The position numbers and the translations under genes are program-made. This document shows, in pieces, positions 12,385 to 26,099 of a stretch of DNA of 56,339 nt (its first letter is position 1; every line of letters begins with the position of its first letter). The stretch is from Chara braunii. Taxonomy: Eukaryota > Plantae > Charophyceae. The notes beneath the pieces are model-generated. The model was not told the DNA's origin. It made no database searches and was given only the letters and a program-made list of their open reading frames with translations. The stretch is from positions 2,908,416 to 2,964,754 of the forward strand of contig BFEA01000001.1 in the NCBI GenBank assembly GCA_003427395.1. The letters are read 5' to 3'.

Positions 12385-15300
12385 ATGAATGCGTTCTCAC
12401 TAGCCTCATGGAATGTGAGGAGGTTGGGGGACAGTAATGGGAAGGAGAAAAGGGGTCGACTGAGAACCTGGATTCATTCAAAGAGGGCGCAGATCGTCTG
12501 TTTACAGGAAACAAAGCTGAACTCAGATAAGATAACAACATTAGGCAGGTGGTGGGATGGTCCACAACTCTGAGCTCCAGCGGACGGTACAAAAGGGGGA
12601 ACTGCCATTTTGGTACACCAGGATCTGGATTTTGAATGGATTGACGAATGCATTGACAACTGGGGTCGCTGGGTATGAATAAAAGGTATTACTGTGGGGG
12701 AATCTTGGGTCGTGATGTCTATTTACGTTCTTTCAGACAGACGGGAACGACTGCGCTTTTCAGCAGATTTCAAACGTGGATAACTTAGTCCTAGCTGGGG
12801 ACTGGAATACGGTGTCAAACCCGAGAATAGACACTATACGGGTGAAACCAGTCCGCACAGACGCAAGGATCTTGATGTCTTTCCTAGAGAAGACAGACCT
12901 GGTAGATGCATATTGTGTGACACACCCTAATGATCACGGATTCACCTGGCACCCTGAGAGTCGGAGGCCTACACCCGCCAGACTTTCCAACATAAATCAC
13001 GCAAGTCAACGCAGGATTGATATGGTTTTTGTAAGGGCAGCCGCATGGGAGTCTCTGTTGTCGGTCGAAGTGGAAACACACCCCATGTCTGATCATTACC
13101 CACTGTTCGCTCGCTTCGCCCCGTTCCCGAGTTACGACAGAGAAAGGGGATACTTCATACTAAACACAGAAAATCTGAAAGATCCGGGTATCGTCCAGTG
13201 GGTTAAAGATCCGAACGCAGTGTGGCAAAGGACCGAAAACTCGTTTCCAATGAAAGGTGAGTGGCTCTTGTCAAGCCTTAGGATCCTATCTAAAGGGTTG
13301 GCAGTGTTGTCCATAATGAAAGCATATCACAGGAATAAAGAAGAACGTGTTTGCAGAAAAAAAATTAAGGAGGCAGAAGGCGAATTTGGAAAACATCTGG
13401 TCTCATATATTTTTTGGACCAGAGAGAGGACACGTTGGTTGTTAAAGTGGGAAGACATCCAGATTAGAAAGCAGAGAGAGTGGCAGGATTCTTGCAAGAT
13501 TCAGGGAATGTCAAAACTGGACAACATGACCAAAGAAATGTTTGCGTTAGTAAAAAAACAATCGACACAACACCGTTCCATGAAAAAACTTGCGCATCCT
13601 TTTTGACCCGAACCTTCGCAAAAGCTCCGAAACAGCCCGGATGTGTGACTTTGTCGTCACGTACTTCAACGACATTATGACATCCCGTAGACCATCAGAG
13701 GAGGCAGACACGGATCTTTCACTTCATTTTTTTCTTCGAGGACTACACAACAACACGTATTTCTTGGGAGTGTTGGCTTGCCTTAGACATGCTTATTACC
13801 ATCGAAGAGCTTGCACACGCGGCCAACAAGATAGCCAAAGGTAAGGCCCCTGGGGAAGATGGTTTACCGCTTGAGTTTTTTTTTGCACTTTTGGGATCTT
13901 TTTGGCAATGACCTCATTCAGATATAGAACGAGGCATTGTTGGGGGTGAGACTCCCGCCAAGCATGACCAAAGGGATCATAGCACTCTTATATAAGAAAG
14001 GCGAAAAAAACAATATTCGAAACTGGCGTCCGATTTCATTTTTAAATACGGTGTACAAACTGTTGGCAAAATCGTTGGCGATCAGATTGGCGACACACCT
14101 CCCCTCATTAGTGGGCGTGCATCAGGGTGCGTTTATCAAAGGCAGGTCAATCCTAGACAATATAGTCACGGTAATTGAGTCAATTGAGATCATTACGGAC
14201 GAGGCTTTGGATATGTCAGTTCTACTCCTTGATCTGGAAAAGGCCTATGATAAAGTTAGTTGGGCTTTTGTCCTAACTACCCTCAGGCATATAGGCCTTG
14301 GGCCTAACTTTTGCGAATGGGTAAAAGTGATGTACTTTCACGCGACCGCGTCGGTGATGATTAATGAAAGGGTTTCAACACCATTCCTACTGACCCGCTC
14401 TCTCCGACAAGGCTGCCCGCTAGCGCCTCTGTTGTTTGTGATGCAAATGGATGTGTTGCTCAATAATGTTAGGGGTAATCCCTATATTGTTGGACTGCAG
14501 ATCCGCCATCAGGTGCAATTCAAAGGGATTGCGCTAGCTGACGACCTTACTATAGTGTCTAGGAATACACCCAGTTCTTTAGCAGCTGTACGGGATACGT
14601 TGGCAGAATACCGTGAACTTTGCGAAGCTCAAGTTAATTGGTCTAAGTCAGTGTATTTCTTGTGTCTAACCAATTTGAAATCTGTATTGACTTTGGAATG
14701 AAAAAGATCCCAGTGGACTCCGCAGAAAGGTTCTTGGGAGTGCAAGTTTCCCTGCAAAATTGTGTTGAGACACAAGATACGATTCTTGTTGCTAAGGTAG
14801 AACAAAGAATCTTGAAGTGGAAAATTGTCTACGGCCTTTCCCTCTTTGGTAGACTGCTCGTTATAAATGCATCAATCTTCTATCAGTTATGGTACACGGG
14901 AACGGTCAGGCCCCTTGGGAAGAGGACCGCACAAGTTGTCATATTAGTAGCCGCAAAGTACATTTGGAAGCCGGAAGCGGAGGACGGTAAAAGACACATG
15001 TCTAAATTGTCTTGGGACAAGCTCACATCCACTAAAGATGAAGGGGGTGTGGCAATTTTCGACCCCATACGTCAGAACTGAGCCCTACTCTGTAAATGGT
15101 CTGTCAGGGCTATGCAAGACACAGAGGGACGTAGTTGGGTCGCGTTGGCGGAATATATCTTAGCAAAGGAATGGGGCCTTAACAACGGGGAGGACGTATG
15201 GTTGTTGATCACTACTTCTGCCTATCAACGTCGTAGACCGAAATCGGCCTTCTGGCAGGGGGTACTACAGGCCTGGCGTACGCTAGCACCAAGCTCCCTT

Positions 15301-16600
15301 CGCCCCCCACAATCAAGGGACGAAGTGCTTCGCCAGCCTCTATTTGAGAACGATTGCATTAAGAACCAGGAAGGATTGATGTTTGCTTTCTTAGGTAGAG
15401 GGAGCTTTAGGAGGGCGTGGGTGGAGAGAGGGGTGTTGTGGGTGGAGGACCTCTGGGATGACTTGTGAGGTACATGGAGGAGTGCAGAGGAATTGAAGGG
15501 TAAGTTGGGAAAGTTGTGGCATGTGGAAATGAGGAAGGAAGCTCTGATCAAGGCAGTACCGAAAGAATGGAAACAAATGCTGAAAGAGGAAGTTACGGAG
15601 GGGAAATGGTACAACCCTGCTCTTAGCCTGGGTGGGGAGCTGCAGGTATGCAGAACTGTGGCTCAAGGAAAGGTGGAGGTGGAGGAGAGGCAAGAGGAGG
15701 AAGGAGTTACCCACAATTCGCTCGTACTCAACGAGGTGCGTGACTCTCCGAGCTTTGGTCTAATGGAGGAAATCAGAGTTTTCATGCAGTTCTCAGCAAT
15801 TGGCACGCCCCAACCGGTGTTATATATGGAAGGCACTCCAATCAGAAGGATGCATTTAGACATTGGTCTGTATGGTTGGCCTAAGGCAAGAGGCCAACCG
15901 ACAATTTGTCAGCATTCTTCCAAATAAGATATTAGAGGCTCTGTCTGTATCGTGCACAGGCTCACCCGTGTCCACTGAGTACTACAAAGACAAGTGGAAG
16001 GTTTGTCGAACACCGCCTAATAAGAAAGCATCAGTAGTTGTGTGGCTGATAACTCATGTTGCACCCCTAGATGCAGTATCATTGTTCACTAGAGGCATGG
16101 AGGTAGAAGTGAGGTGCGTGAGGTGTCATCAGCAACCAGAAGACGCTACACATTTGTGGGGCACTTGTCCCCTCTCCTTCCGCATCTGGAGATGGTGGGC
16201 CCACCATTGGAAAGCATTGGGCGGACCAGAGGAGCTGGAATAGGACTTGGAGTGGGCAGCGTCGGGTCAACTCAAACACCCTCTGGTAAGTGGGAAAGGA
16301 TGGGGATATGTGGCAACGGTGCTACGGGCCCTGGTGATCTGGTGGATTTGGAAGGAGAGGAATTCGGTCTTGTTTCAACAGAAATACTACTCAGATCCAG
16401 CCCTGAAAAGCAGGATGAAGGCTATGCTCAGACATATGATTATTGTGGATTGGCGGAACAAAGTTATGTCTAAAGCAGGAGCAGGCTGGTTTAGAGCAAG
16501 ATTGTGGTTTCGCCGCTCCTGGGCTAAAAAGAACAGACTGGTGGTTGTCTCGGCTACAACAGGGAAATTGGTCTGGTCACCATGGCTGAGAGTAGACTAG
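12385..16600 (+). pseudogene. LINE ORF2: AP-endonuclease + reverse transcriptase + C-terminal zinc finger, with multiple stops and frameshifts
   Basis: APE motifs SWNVR, CLQETK, LAGDWN, RIDMVF, SDHYP; RT motifs KAPGEDG, NWRPIS, QGAFIKGRSILDN, LDLEKAYDKV, RQGCPLAPLLF, LADD; zf CVRC..EDATHLWGTC; WWIWKERN. Confidence 0.95.
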
Positions 16601-18402
16601 TTTAGGGAATAGGGGAGGGTCGAGGGGATGGGAGGGACTGTAAAGCAGAACATGGCATGCATCAATGTTAGGAAGTACTCAATGCATCATCTGGGGTGAT
16701 AGCAATAGGTAGAAGTAGTGAGTGGTGTTCAAGGCGGACCAACCTATCACTCGATGGCTCCCTTTGCCTTGTTTTGGTGACAGTAGGGCCCAGACCCGCG
16801 TTAGGGCCAAAGGTCCGCCCAACACGAGTGATAGGTGCAGGCCTAGTGCTTCTTTATTTGTCAGCCAGGTTGGCCTTGTCGTCACAGTGTGGATTTGTCC
16901 ACAACCAGGTTGGTCTGGATGAGAAAAACTTTGTTCTCACCGGGTAGAATTGTGAGGACCCCGACCTCTTTAATTGCAATGGAATAAACCAGACGATGCA
17001 AAAAAAAAAAAAAAAACTCCCAAATATGATAGGTTCTAACATGCACACCATCTAGAACGCGGCCCAAAAAGGGGAGGCCGACGGAGAAAGAAGAACAGGG
17101 AACAGACCCGTGGTGTGACTTCCGCGCGTGTCTTGTCTCAGCCCATAATTTTTGTGTTGTAAGTTGCTAAGAAGCATACCCTGACTTTAACCCGGGAGAG
17201 TTGGGTAGTGAGTGAGAGTCAGAGAAACGGCTCAACCGAGTCTCCCTTCCATAACTATTATTTTCCAAGCCCTGACCAAGCAGTGAAGATCCTAGTTTTG
17301 CGAGATACAAAGGGTATTAAACTCGTCATCTACTTTCCTCATGTCTACTCATACCGGAGCCCAGCTCCATGCCTGAACGGAAGGCCCTATCGGAAGAAAC
17401 GATGCAGCATCCGATTAATTGCCCAGGGGGAGGGATCACTGTCATCTTGATCTGATGTTATGTTAAGAAGAAGACTTCGCTGGTGGTCGTGAAACTCATG
17501 CCTGGGAGATCTCTGTATCTGACAGCTTCCCTAGTCGGGCAATAAGATAAAAGTGTCACGCACGTTCTTCACCAGGCTGCTGGGCGTGGCCTGTGGGTGG
17601 ACCATTTCTGTGTCACTAGTAGACTGGCGGTTGTCGTACGATCCTGTATGAACCATTTGAGAAAAGCGATACACTACATCTCCAGGTGTTGATTAGCATA
17701 ACAGTTGTCTTTCCTTACTAAACCTCATCAAGCCAGAGCATAGGAAATAGAGAGAAGGGAGATAATTATGAAGGACCCTGAGATACTAGTAATGAAATGC
17801 GGGGCTTGTAAAGACAAAGTGGAAGGCTGGGAAGAGAATGTTATCAAAATGCCCTGCACTACGTGAAGACAATGAAAAATCAGGCACTAGAGTCATTGAG
17901 GGAGCAAACATTCGTCGATTATGTTATCTATTTCTACCGAACTTACGAGAAATTGCACAGCACGCTTTCTTCCATGGAAACTGTTGATCGAGCACGAGAG
18001 GCCATCAATAACCAACAGTAAGGATGAAATGAGAGGAATATTTAATAAATGTTGGTGTGACATTACTAGAACGAACTGACGTGGTGAGAATCACATAGCA
18101 ACACTCAGGGACCAGATGTGAAAGAAAACAATCAATCAACAGTTAGGCATCTTTCAATCAGTAATCAACCAGCACCCGATATATTCTCATCCATCCGGGT
18201 CACTCGAGATTCCCAACCAGAGACAATCAGCAACCATCTCAACAATTAGTCATTTGTCAAGCATCATTTATTCAAGCACTTCGATCAGTACTCAGTCAAC
18301 GCTCAATTATCTTGGTTACTGAAAGTTATAAGTCCGGACTAATCTGCTTCCGACTATTCTTACCCGCACTAAGGGTCATACTACTCAATATCCACTTTAC
18401 AT

Positions 18403-18975
18403 ATGAGCGCAGTTCAGACTTTCCTCATCAGTGAGTTGGTTCTGGCCAACCTTAACAAGATAGCCTTCAAAGATGTTGTTCGGTACAAATATGTCGAAGC
18501 AGTGGGCTTTAGACAAGAAAACCTGTCCATCTTTGTGATTCTCACTAGCTTCGCAGAAAGCGCCATTCATTATCTGAGACCCTATGTGAACAAGGGCAAG
18601 GAAACCCATGAGCACTTCGATTCAGTCGGGTCACAGTATCTTGAGGAGAGAGAGAGAGAGCTTGATGAGAGAGGTATTAAACTGATCCGCAGCTTCGGAC
18701 CCAAGCTCTACTTTGACTATCCCAAGCCTTCAGTACCTTTCACTCTCACATACGGATCTTGTTGGGGTGACTTGGTTGATTTGGCCAAGAGATACATTTC
18801 CCCTGCAGTGATTGACTATGAAGCAGTGATAGAGCCAACAGAGTTTCAACATCTTAGGCGATGTATCTTCTCTCAACTGTATCTCCCTACACTATGGGAG
18901 GAGTTTTGTGCTATGGTTGACTTCCGTATCATGGGACTTGGTTGGAAATACTCAGAACTCGTAGGCTTCAGGTGA
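18403..18975 (+). CDS. Intact 190-aa hypothetical protein, probably TE-associated
   Basis: ATG-initiated, uninterrupted, non-repetitive globular-looking ORF amid decayed sequence; no family recognised. Confidence 0.45.
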   Translation: MSAVQTFLISELVLANLNKIAFKDVVRYKYVEAVGFRQENLSIFVILTSFAESAIHYLRPYVNKGKETHEHFDSVGSQYLEERERELDERGIKLIRSFGPKLYFDYPKPSVPFTLTYGSCWGDLVDLAKRYISPAVIDYEAVIEPTEFQHLRRCIFSQLYLPTLWEEFCAMVDFRIMGLGWKYSELVGFR

Positions 18976-19540
18976 CTCTACATCCAGAGACCACAACCTC
19001 AGGGAGTACGGAGACGTGGCTCGAGGCACAAGAAACGCACAACAAAATGAGAGATTGAGTGTGTGACCTAGAGGGATGAGTGAGGACTCTGGACTGGTGT
19101 TGGTCATGCTCTCTACATGTGTACTTTCTGAGATTATTATAAGTTCTCATTCTTCCTTCATTTATTTTGTCATTGCTCAAATCAGTTAGTCTTGCATCAT
19201 CCACACTGTCTTTGCTTGATGGTTATGTTCTCAGATGACCCTGTCTCAGTTCTCATAATAAAAAATTTGGCAAAATTGATGCATGCATGACATATCAGAA
19301 TTCTATGATTATTATTTGCATCGTTCTTTGCTATTCCGAATCAAAATAAAAAATTCCTAAGACCGGGGACCGGCGAAGACCACAATTGAAGGATCTCGCT
19401 CGAAGCCGGACGCACACAACAGGAAGGGATTTGCTTTAATTAAATTTATTTATTTATTGCAAACTTCAACCAAACCCTGCGTGACAGGTTGTTAGCTTTC
19501 TGGTCATTTGAAGAGGCCCGACTAGAAAAAGTGTGACACC

Positions 19541-20074
19541 GTCCCCCATATTTTTTCCACCCCTAAGAACCCACTTTGCGTCCGGGGTCGTCCACCGCCA
19601 AAAATATAACACCTTGACACAGACGTTGAAGCCCACTAAACCGCGGCCTTAGGGCTGCGAACAAATCCACGTTCGAGTGGTCAGACTTTTGGATATTGAC
19701 TGGGATTCCACCATCTGGACATTCCTCCAATGCATTGGGATACGTGGCTATAGTATGCTGGGGGGTCGTCATGGAAGGTATTTGGTCTACCCGGAACTCC
19801 AAAATCTTCAAGAGGACGGGTATCTCATTCCCCTAAGTAACATCTACTATAAAAGTTAACCTCGGACTCTCGATTGTAGCACACTGGTGAAGATCCTAGA
19901 AGCGGGTCAATTACAACTTGCACTCGTTCCAGAAGACGTGGGCCAAGGAGGGTAAATTAGCAATAGTAACACTAGATAGTAAGCTAGCTTCTCTAATTGG
20001 TTAATTGTCTACCGCGCGGGCACGGGGAATGCAACTTAAGGTAGCCAAAACAATGAGACTAAGAACGCACACAC

Positions 20075-20146
<72 letters not shown>

Positions 20147-20251
20147 TTTTGTTCCATTTTTTGATAGGAGTGAGAGAGATAGACATAGAGTGAGGGAGAG
20201 AAAGAAAGAGAGATAGAGAGAGAGGTAGGGGGGGGACTTCCACATACGCAC

Positions 20252-20282
<31 letters not shown>

Positions 20283-21068
20283 AAGAGACTCGGAGAGAGA
20301 TGAAAGTCTGAATGGCAAAATTGAAGTATGGGTCAAATTGCAGCCGCGATCTAATTCACGGTTGGGATGATTTTTTTTTATTTTATTTATCGTTTTTTTT
20401 GGAAAGATCACAAAAAAATTTACGAATACTCCAATTTTCATATTTTTCACGCATTCTTCTGAGCGTAAAAACTCACTGAATTTTGAGTACTTTTTCAGTT
20501 CGCCCACACATGGTCGAGCGGCAAAAATGAAAAATGTGTCGAATCGGTACGATGATTATTTCGCGGTCTAAATGATTTTTTAAAAATGTTATAATATTTT
20601 TCTTGGAAATAACATAACCTCATCTATGGATTCTTAAAATTTCAGATTTTTCTGCAGGTTCCTTCGATTACAGAAAATCGCCAAAGTGACCTTTTGCAAA
20701 ACGCCTGTTTCGTTGCGCTTGACCTCCCTGTTTTGAGAAGACGGACCTCAACGCCCGGGCCTGAGGACCCTTTTGCAGTTCACATACCCTCACTTCGTTT
20801 TGGGGTCCGCTTTCACCCGAGGACCAGTCCAACGCCCCCCGCTTCATTTTGGGGTCCGCTTTCACCCGAGGACTGGTCCTTCCTTTTTCCGAAAGTCACG
20901 GTTCTACCAGAGCTAGTTGTAGGTAGTCCGCAATTTCGCCATGGACGGGTCCCCCAAATTTTTTTGCCCCCTAAAAACCCACTTTGCGTCCTGGTCGCCC
21001 GCTGCCAAAAATGCGAGACCGTGACACAGACGCCGAAGCCCACTATACCGCAGCCTTAGGGCTGCGAA
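19541..21068 (+). repeat. Diverged ~120-bp direct repeat pair (19541-19661 and 20950-21068); the first follows a purine-rich stretch plus TGTGACACC (possible LTR start at 19532)
   Basis: gtccccca.attttt...aacccactttgcgtcc...gacacagacg..gaagcccacta.accgc.gccttagggctgcgaac occurs at both sites. Confidence 0.65.
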
Positions 21069-21434
21069 CTCCGACCAACTGATCAAGGGAAGCCCTATGC
21101 TCCTAATGGACACCGCTCGGTTTCCAGCCTGCTTTATTTCAGAGAATGATAATACGACACACCTTAGGGTCTGCCATGTACTCTGTGTTCAAAATACACT
21201 AAGGCCAATGCCAGCCCAACCACTGGTAGACTGTTTAGAGGCAGAGGTTTTTCAGTTGCTAATATCCTCTTTTTTGTAAGATCCACCATTACCTTTCCCA
21301 ACTATTTTTTCAGAGGCGCACTGGGTACCGCGCTGGCTTGAAATGGAAGGGTAGCCGCCCAGTCTTGATTTTCAGGCCGGCGCACAGTGACTGCGGCCGA
21401 CATATGGGAAAGGTACTGGTAGTTTAAATCGCTA

Positions 21435-21966
21435 CCGTCTTAACCCGAAAACAAGATATATACCTTGTATACGAATACAAGGTACAGGGTACCGTGTATG
21501 TGAATACAATGTAGGTACCTTGCAGAACGCATTTTAGTGTGCAACTAAGCCAAGGGAAACAAAAAGGTGTATAGTAAATATTAGTAATAACATCACAAAT
21601 AGGACGGGGCTTCAGCATGAAGTTCTTAAAAAAAATAAAAAAACATTGACTGCGTTGGGTGCTCACGATCCGGCATGCATTTGAACGCTGTGTACGTTTG
21701 TGTGTGTGTGTAAGAGAGAGAGAGAGCATAGCGCCCGTGTGTGGAAGCAGGTGCGTGCATGGACATCACACACCAGAGAGAGAGAGAGAGAGAGAGAGAG
21801 TTACGTGATATTTACAAGACACCTCGAATACAAGGTACGTACCTTGTATTCGTACCTTGTATTGAAGGGTATCTTCTATTCGAAAATTTAACAATCATTT
21901 CTAAGAACACGTTTTTTTTAGGTAACTTGAATACAAGGTACGTATCTTGTTTTCGGGGTAAGATAG
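21435..21966. mobile_element. MITE of Tc1/mariner-pogo type with ~36-bp terminal inverted repeats and TA target duplication
   Basis: TA|ccgtcttaacccgaaaacaagatatataccttgtat ... atacaaggtacgtatcttgttttcggggtaagatag|TA; internal aatacaaggtac subrepeats; no coding capacity. Confidence 0.8.
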
Positions 21967-22199
21967 TAGTCTGTGTGACGGAAGATTTCCGGTGAAAGCA
22001 ATCGCGTCGCAAATGCCTTATCCCGTTGCCCTGACCTTTAGTGCGAGGATAGTCAGCTATCTGTTATTTCAGCTCCCACCATCCACCCCGCCTTTCTAGA
22101 TGAGTACCGCCTCGTATACACCCAGTGCCCTGAGTTTCAGTCCATCTACGTTGACCTACAGGCTGACAAGCCTGTCCCTAACTTCCAGCTCGATCCCTA

Positions 22200-23520
22200 T
22201 GGACTCCTATATTAGCTTGGTCGCCAAGGTACCCGTACTCCTAGCTTATGCGTTCGGGCCGTCACTGAGTGTCATGATCAGCACGCTGCTGGTCATCTCG
22301 GTGTCTTCAAGACCCTTGACCACCTCTACCGCCATTACTATTGGGAGCACCGTCGTCCCTTCACTAACGAGTACGTCCTCACCTGCAGGATTGGCCAGGA
22401 GGCCAACACTCCCAACCACCCCCGTACGGTTTCTTCAGCCCTTGCCCATTCCTGCTCAGCGTTGGACTTTCATCTCGATGAACTTCATCGGTCCTCTTCG
22501 TCCCCCTACCCCACGGGGCCACGACGCCATCTTTGTCGCTGTCTGTCGGTTGACTAAGCATGCTCACTTCTTCCCTTGCAAGTATTATAGTTCAGCCAAA
22601 GACATCGCCTCCCTATACTTCAACTGTATTCTGATTCATCACGGTCTTCCCATTACCATCATCTTTGATCACGATCTCCACTTTACTTCTCATTTCTGGC
22701 GTGGACTCCATAAGATCTATGGCTCCGAGCTCCGCCTCTCCTCCTCCTATCACCTCCAGTCAGATGGATAGACTAAGGTCACCAACAAAACTCTTTGGAG
22801 TATTCTCAAGAAGTTTGTTGAGAATGACTCTGATTAGGATCTGCGTCTTGTTCACACAGAGATCGCTTCCAGCCACGCTATTTCTCCTGCCACTAGCATG
22901 TCCCCTACTACCGTAACTTGGGATATCACCCTCGTGTCTCATCTGATCTTCTTCGTCCATCTCAGATCCATTCCGACACCAAATGCCCAGCACTCGATGA
23001 TTAGGTAAAGGAGATGGATGCGCTTCTTAGCAAGGCTCGAGAGAGCATTGCTAACTCCCAGACTAGTATGGCACATCCCTTCAAAGTTTACGACGAAGTC
23101 CTTGTCGACGCACGTCACTTCCATCCCAAAGTTGGCACGCTTTGAAAATTCAAACGTCAATATATCGGACCATGCACCATTCTTGCACCCGCCGGAACTA
23201 ATCATGACTGTCCGGTGAGTTTCAAATTGAAGCTCCCCGATTCCATGTACCGCGCTAACTTACATGACGTGTTTCATGTATCTCTTTTGCGCCCCTTCGG
23301 ACGGTTTCCTCCTGAGTTTCACGGTCGACCTTACCCTCGTCCCTCCCCCATCATCATTGAGGGTCATGAGGAGTTTATCGCCTCTAATATCGCGTCCCGA
23401 CGTATGACTGATGGTGACCCTCCCGCCTCGAGTATCTCGTTCGATGGAAGGGTTACCCTAACGAGGAGTCTGCTTGGGAGCCTCTCGAGCACTTGAAGCA
23501 TGCTATGACTTTCATTTCTG
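22200..23520 (+). mobile_element. Ty3/Gypsy chromovirus pol remnant: integrase plus chromodomain (degenerate)
   Basis: HD..AGHLGVFKT..L.RHYYW; LQPLPIP..RW..ISMNFIGPL; VCRLTKHAHF; HGLP.TII.DHD.HFTSHFW; SSSYHLQSDG; HDVFHVSLLRP; chromodomain EYLVRWKGYPNEESAWEPLEHL at ~23430-23495. Confidence 0.92.
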
Positions 23521-24569
23521 CTTACGATCATCCTCATCCTTTCCCTTCATCATCATCCCCCCTTACTGCTCGTCCTTCTATTGACCCATCTACTTCAGCG
23601 ACCACTGACATTCCCCCTCCCCCATCGATGGGTCCTCTTGCTCCACCGGTACCTGCCTCAGGTCCTCCTTCCCCCGTGGATGTGGTTCTGCCTGTTGTTG
23701 CAGTTGAGCCCTCAGCGTACCCATCAAGTTCCTTCTCGGTATCGTGACTGATCTATACCCCCTATACGCTCTTTACCTTTTACCATCCCTGGACACTTAT
23801 GCAGCAACTCCCGATTTCGGTTTCTACATTCGGTTTCACATTCGACTTCCGACCTCAGTGCTTCTCTTCATTACTAGAGTACATGTCGCATTGTTCCGGA
23901 CTTTTAGTCGGTTTCTGCACTACTCTTACTTCATCCTAGCTACTTCGACTCGACTTCAGTCAGGAGATTCATCAATTGGACTACTTCACTTTTTCGGTTA
24001 CGGAGTTTCCATCATTCCCATTTATCCATTACCCTCGAGTTTACCCTCCAGTCGCATGATGACCCCTATTTTCTCTGTCCATGTGGGTGTTTTCGCCTGT
24101 CACCCTTTTGCCTTACCCTATGTTGCACACCCTCCTCCAGAGTGTACGTTTTCTTTGCTCACGGCTTTTGACCACATGTCTATGCCGGCATAGCCCCCTC
24201 TCCTTCCAGGCTCACCTTATGTGTGCTCCCTTGTGTGAGTGTCCTTCCCCTTTCAGCTGGCAGTACCTGTTTGATGGTTTCCTTTGAGCCTGGTGTCGTG
24301 TTGTTACTCTCCCTCTGAGCCTGATGACCCTTACCTGGTTGTGTGGGTGCCCCCTTAGAGTTTACTCTAAGAGTTGTACATGTCGCCTTTCCACCCATTC
24401 CTACCTCTACCGTGCGACTGAGTTCCCTTCTTTTTTGTTCAGGTATTGTTCATTCTGTACAGGGCACGTGAGACTGTGCTACGTTCTTTTTCGACTTAGG
24501 ACATTAATTAGTTATTCTTTGGTCTTTAGGGCCCTGGTGTTGATTTATATTCAGCCACTTTGGCTCAGG

Positions 24570-24750
24570 ATACATTTTTCTCTTTCTTGGCAGACACAGG
24601 TCAGACATTTTTCTCTTTCTTGACTGACACAGGTCAGACATTTTTCTCTTCCTTGGTCGACACAAACCAGGCATTTTCCTCTTTCTTGGTCAACACATGT
24701 CAGATATTTTTCTCTTTCTTGGTCAACACATATCAGGCATTTTTCTGCTT
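24570..24750. repeat. ~40-bp tandem repeat, about 4.5 copies
   Basis: cattttt(c)tctttcttgg.c(a)acaca.gtcaga units. Confidence 0.85.
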
Positions 24751-24931
24751 TGTTTTCGGGGTCGACTCAGACCAGACATTGTTGCATAGATCACGCTTGA
24801 GGCTTAGTCTGCATTGCATTTCTTTTCATGCATCTTGGATTGTTTCCTTTGCCGTTCCTTTTGGGTTTTCGCTACTTCAGCTGATAGCGTGTTTGATGTA
24901 TTGCTTGATCCATTCACAAGTCCAAGGATCG

Positions 24932-25154
24932 TGTAGCGGTACTCCAACAGCCCGACAGTGAGACCAGACCAGTTTCAGGCTGTCATCCTGACCCTGCTCC
25001 GGTACCAGGTTATTCCCGCACATGGGCCTAGGCCGGTACATCATTTCGACCTAGGCCCAGTTCCGGGGTCAATTGGTTCATTCATTCTTCATTCGTTCGT
25101 TCATTCAACCGGATTAGACCTTCACTCATCTGCTGCTTCAAGTTCTCGGGTGTG

Positions 25155-25244
<90 letters not shown>

Positions 25245-25275
25245 CCCCTCATGTGTCATCCGCGCGTGCGTCACA
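24932..25275 (+). mobile_element. Possible 3' LTR of the chromovirus
   Basis: TGTAG...TCACA termini downstream of the integrase; no second LTR in the window to confirm. Confidence 0.3.
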
Positions 25276-25744
25276 ACTGCTCTTCATCAGGGAGGTCATC
25301 ATTAGAGGAGTTGCTCTTCATCAGGGAGGTCATCATTAGGGGAGTTTCTCTTCATCAGGTTGTTTCCTTGTTCTACTGTTTGTTTTGTCTCTTACAGGTT
25401 ATCAGTATTGCTATTGGGTGATTATTTTCTTCATCATCATTTTTGTTCCCTACGATGCCATCAACATCACTGGTCAATGAATGTAATCGTCATTGTCATC
25501 ATCTTCATTATGATGTTGTGTGCTCAATAGCACGATGGCGTTAAAAAAAAAAAAAAAAAAAAAATCTTCATTGCACGGTGTGCTGCCATCATCATCGCGC
25601 TCTTCTAGGGCGTCATAAAATCAATCATTCCGCATGGCGCTTCTCGCCATTTTCGCGTTGAGTGTTGACATCATCAAGGTGCGGTGGGTCTTCTTCATCA
25701 CTACGATGCTTCTTCTCATTAACCTATTCAACCCACATTGCCCT

Positions 25745-25800
25745 GATGTACCTTCGTAGGCATGCTTGGCGCTCGCCACCTAGAGATAGACTACTGCTGA
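25745..25800 (+). mobile_element. Diverged fragment of the tRNA-derived SINE seen at 48403
   Basis: atgtaccttcgtaggcatgcttggcgctcgccacctagagatag matches atgtaccttcctgggcaagcttggcggctgccacctagagatag (~48468-48511). Confidence 0.65.
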
Positions 25801-26099
25801 TGTTCATGGGGGAGTCGACCGAATGGATTGGTCCTTGGAGTGGTCCCTGATGCTATCGGCTGTTCCTTGGCCAGTATCCCCCACCTCCATTGGTCGAGCG
25901 CAACCCCCGTTGTTCCCTCCTTCAAGGCAGTGTGAAGTCGGGCTGGCTGCTAGGGGTTCCCTTTAATGCTATAATTAGCATTACCGTCTTCACCCAAATA
26001 GAACGCGCGGTCATTATCGTTGCATCTAGAAAAAAAACTGCCCCAAATACGACTATAATGATCGGGCGTTCTATTCTGGTAGTGGTAGGTATGTAGTGT

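Larger units (their letters stand above)
10617..17016 (+). mobile_element. L1/Tx1-clade non-LTR retrotransposon, near full length, inactivated (5' boundary approximate)
   Basis: ORF1-like region, then ORF2 with APE-RT-zf order; 3' UTR with AATAAA at 16983 and a poly(A) tail at 17000-17016. Confidence 0.9.

Noticed and set aside
24570-24750. CRISPR-like spaced repeats (also considered for 46542-47100)
   Set aside because: Contiguous tandem units without unique spacers, eukaryotic context and no cas genes
25278-25362. Minus-strand CTGATGA-aga-GAAAC resembling a minimal hammerhead
   Set aside because: No stem II or stem III, and it is part of a simple 34-bp tandem repeat whose other units lack GAAA
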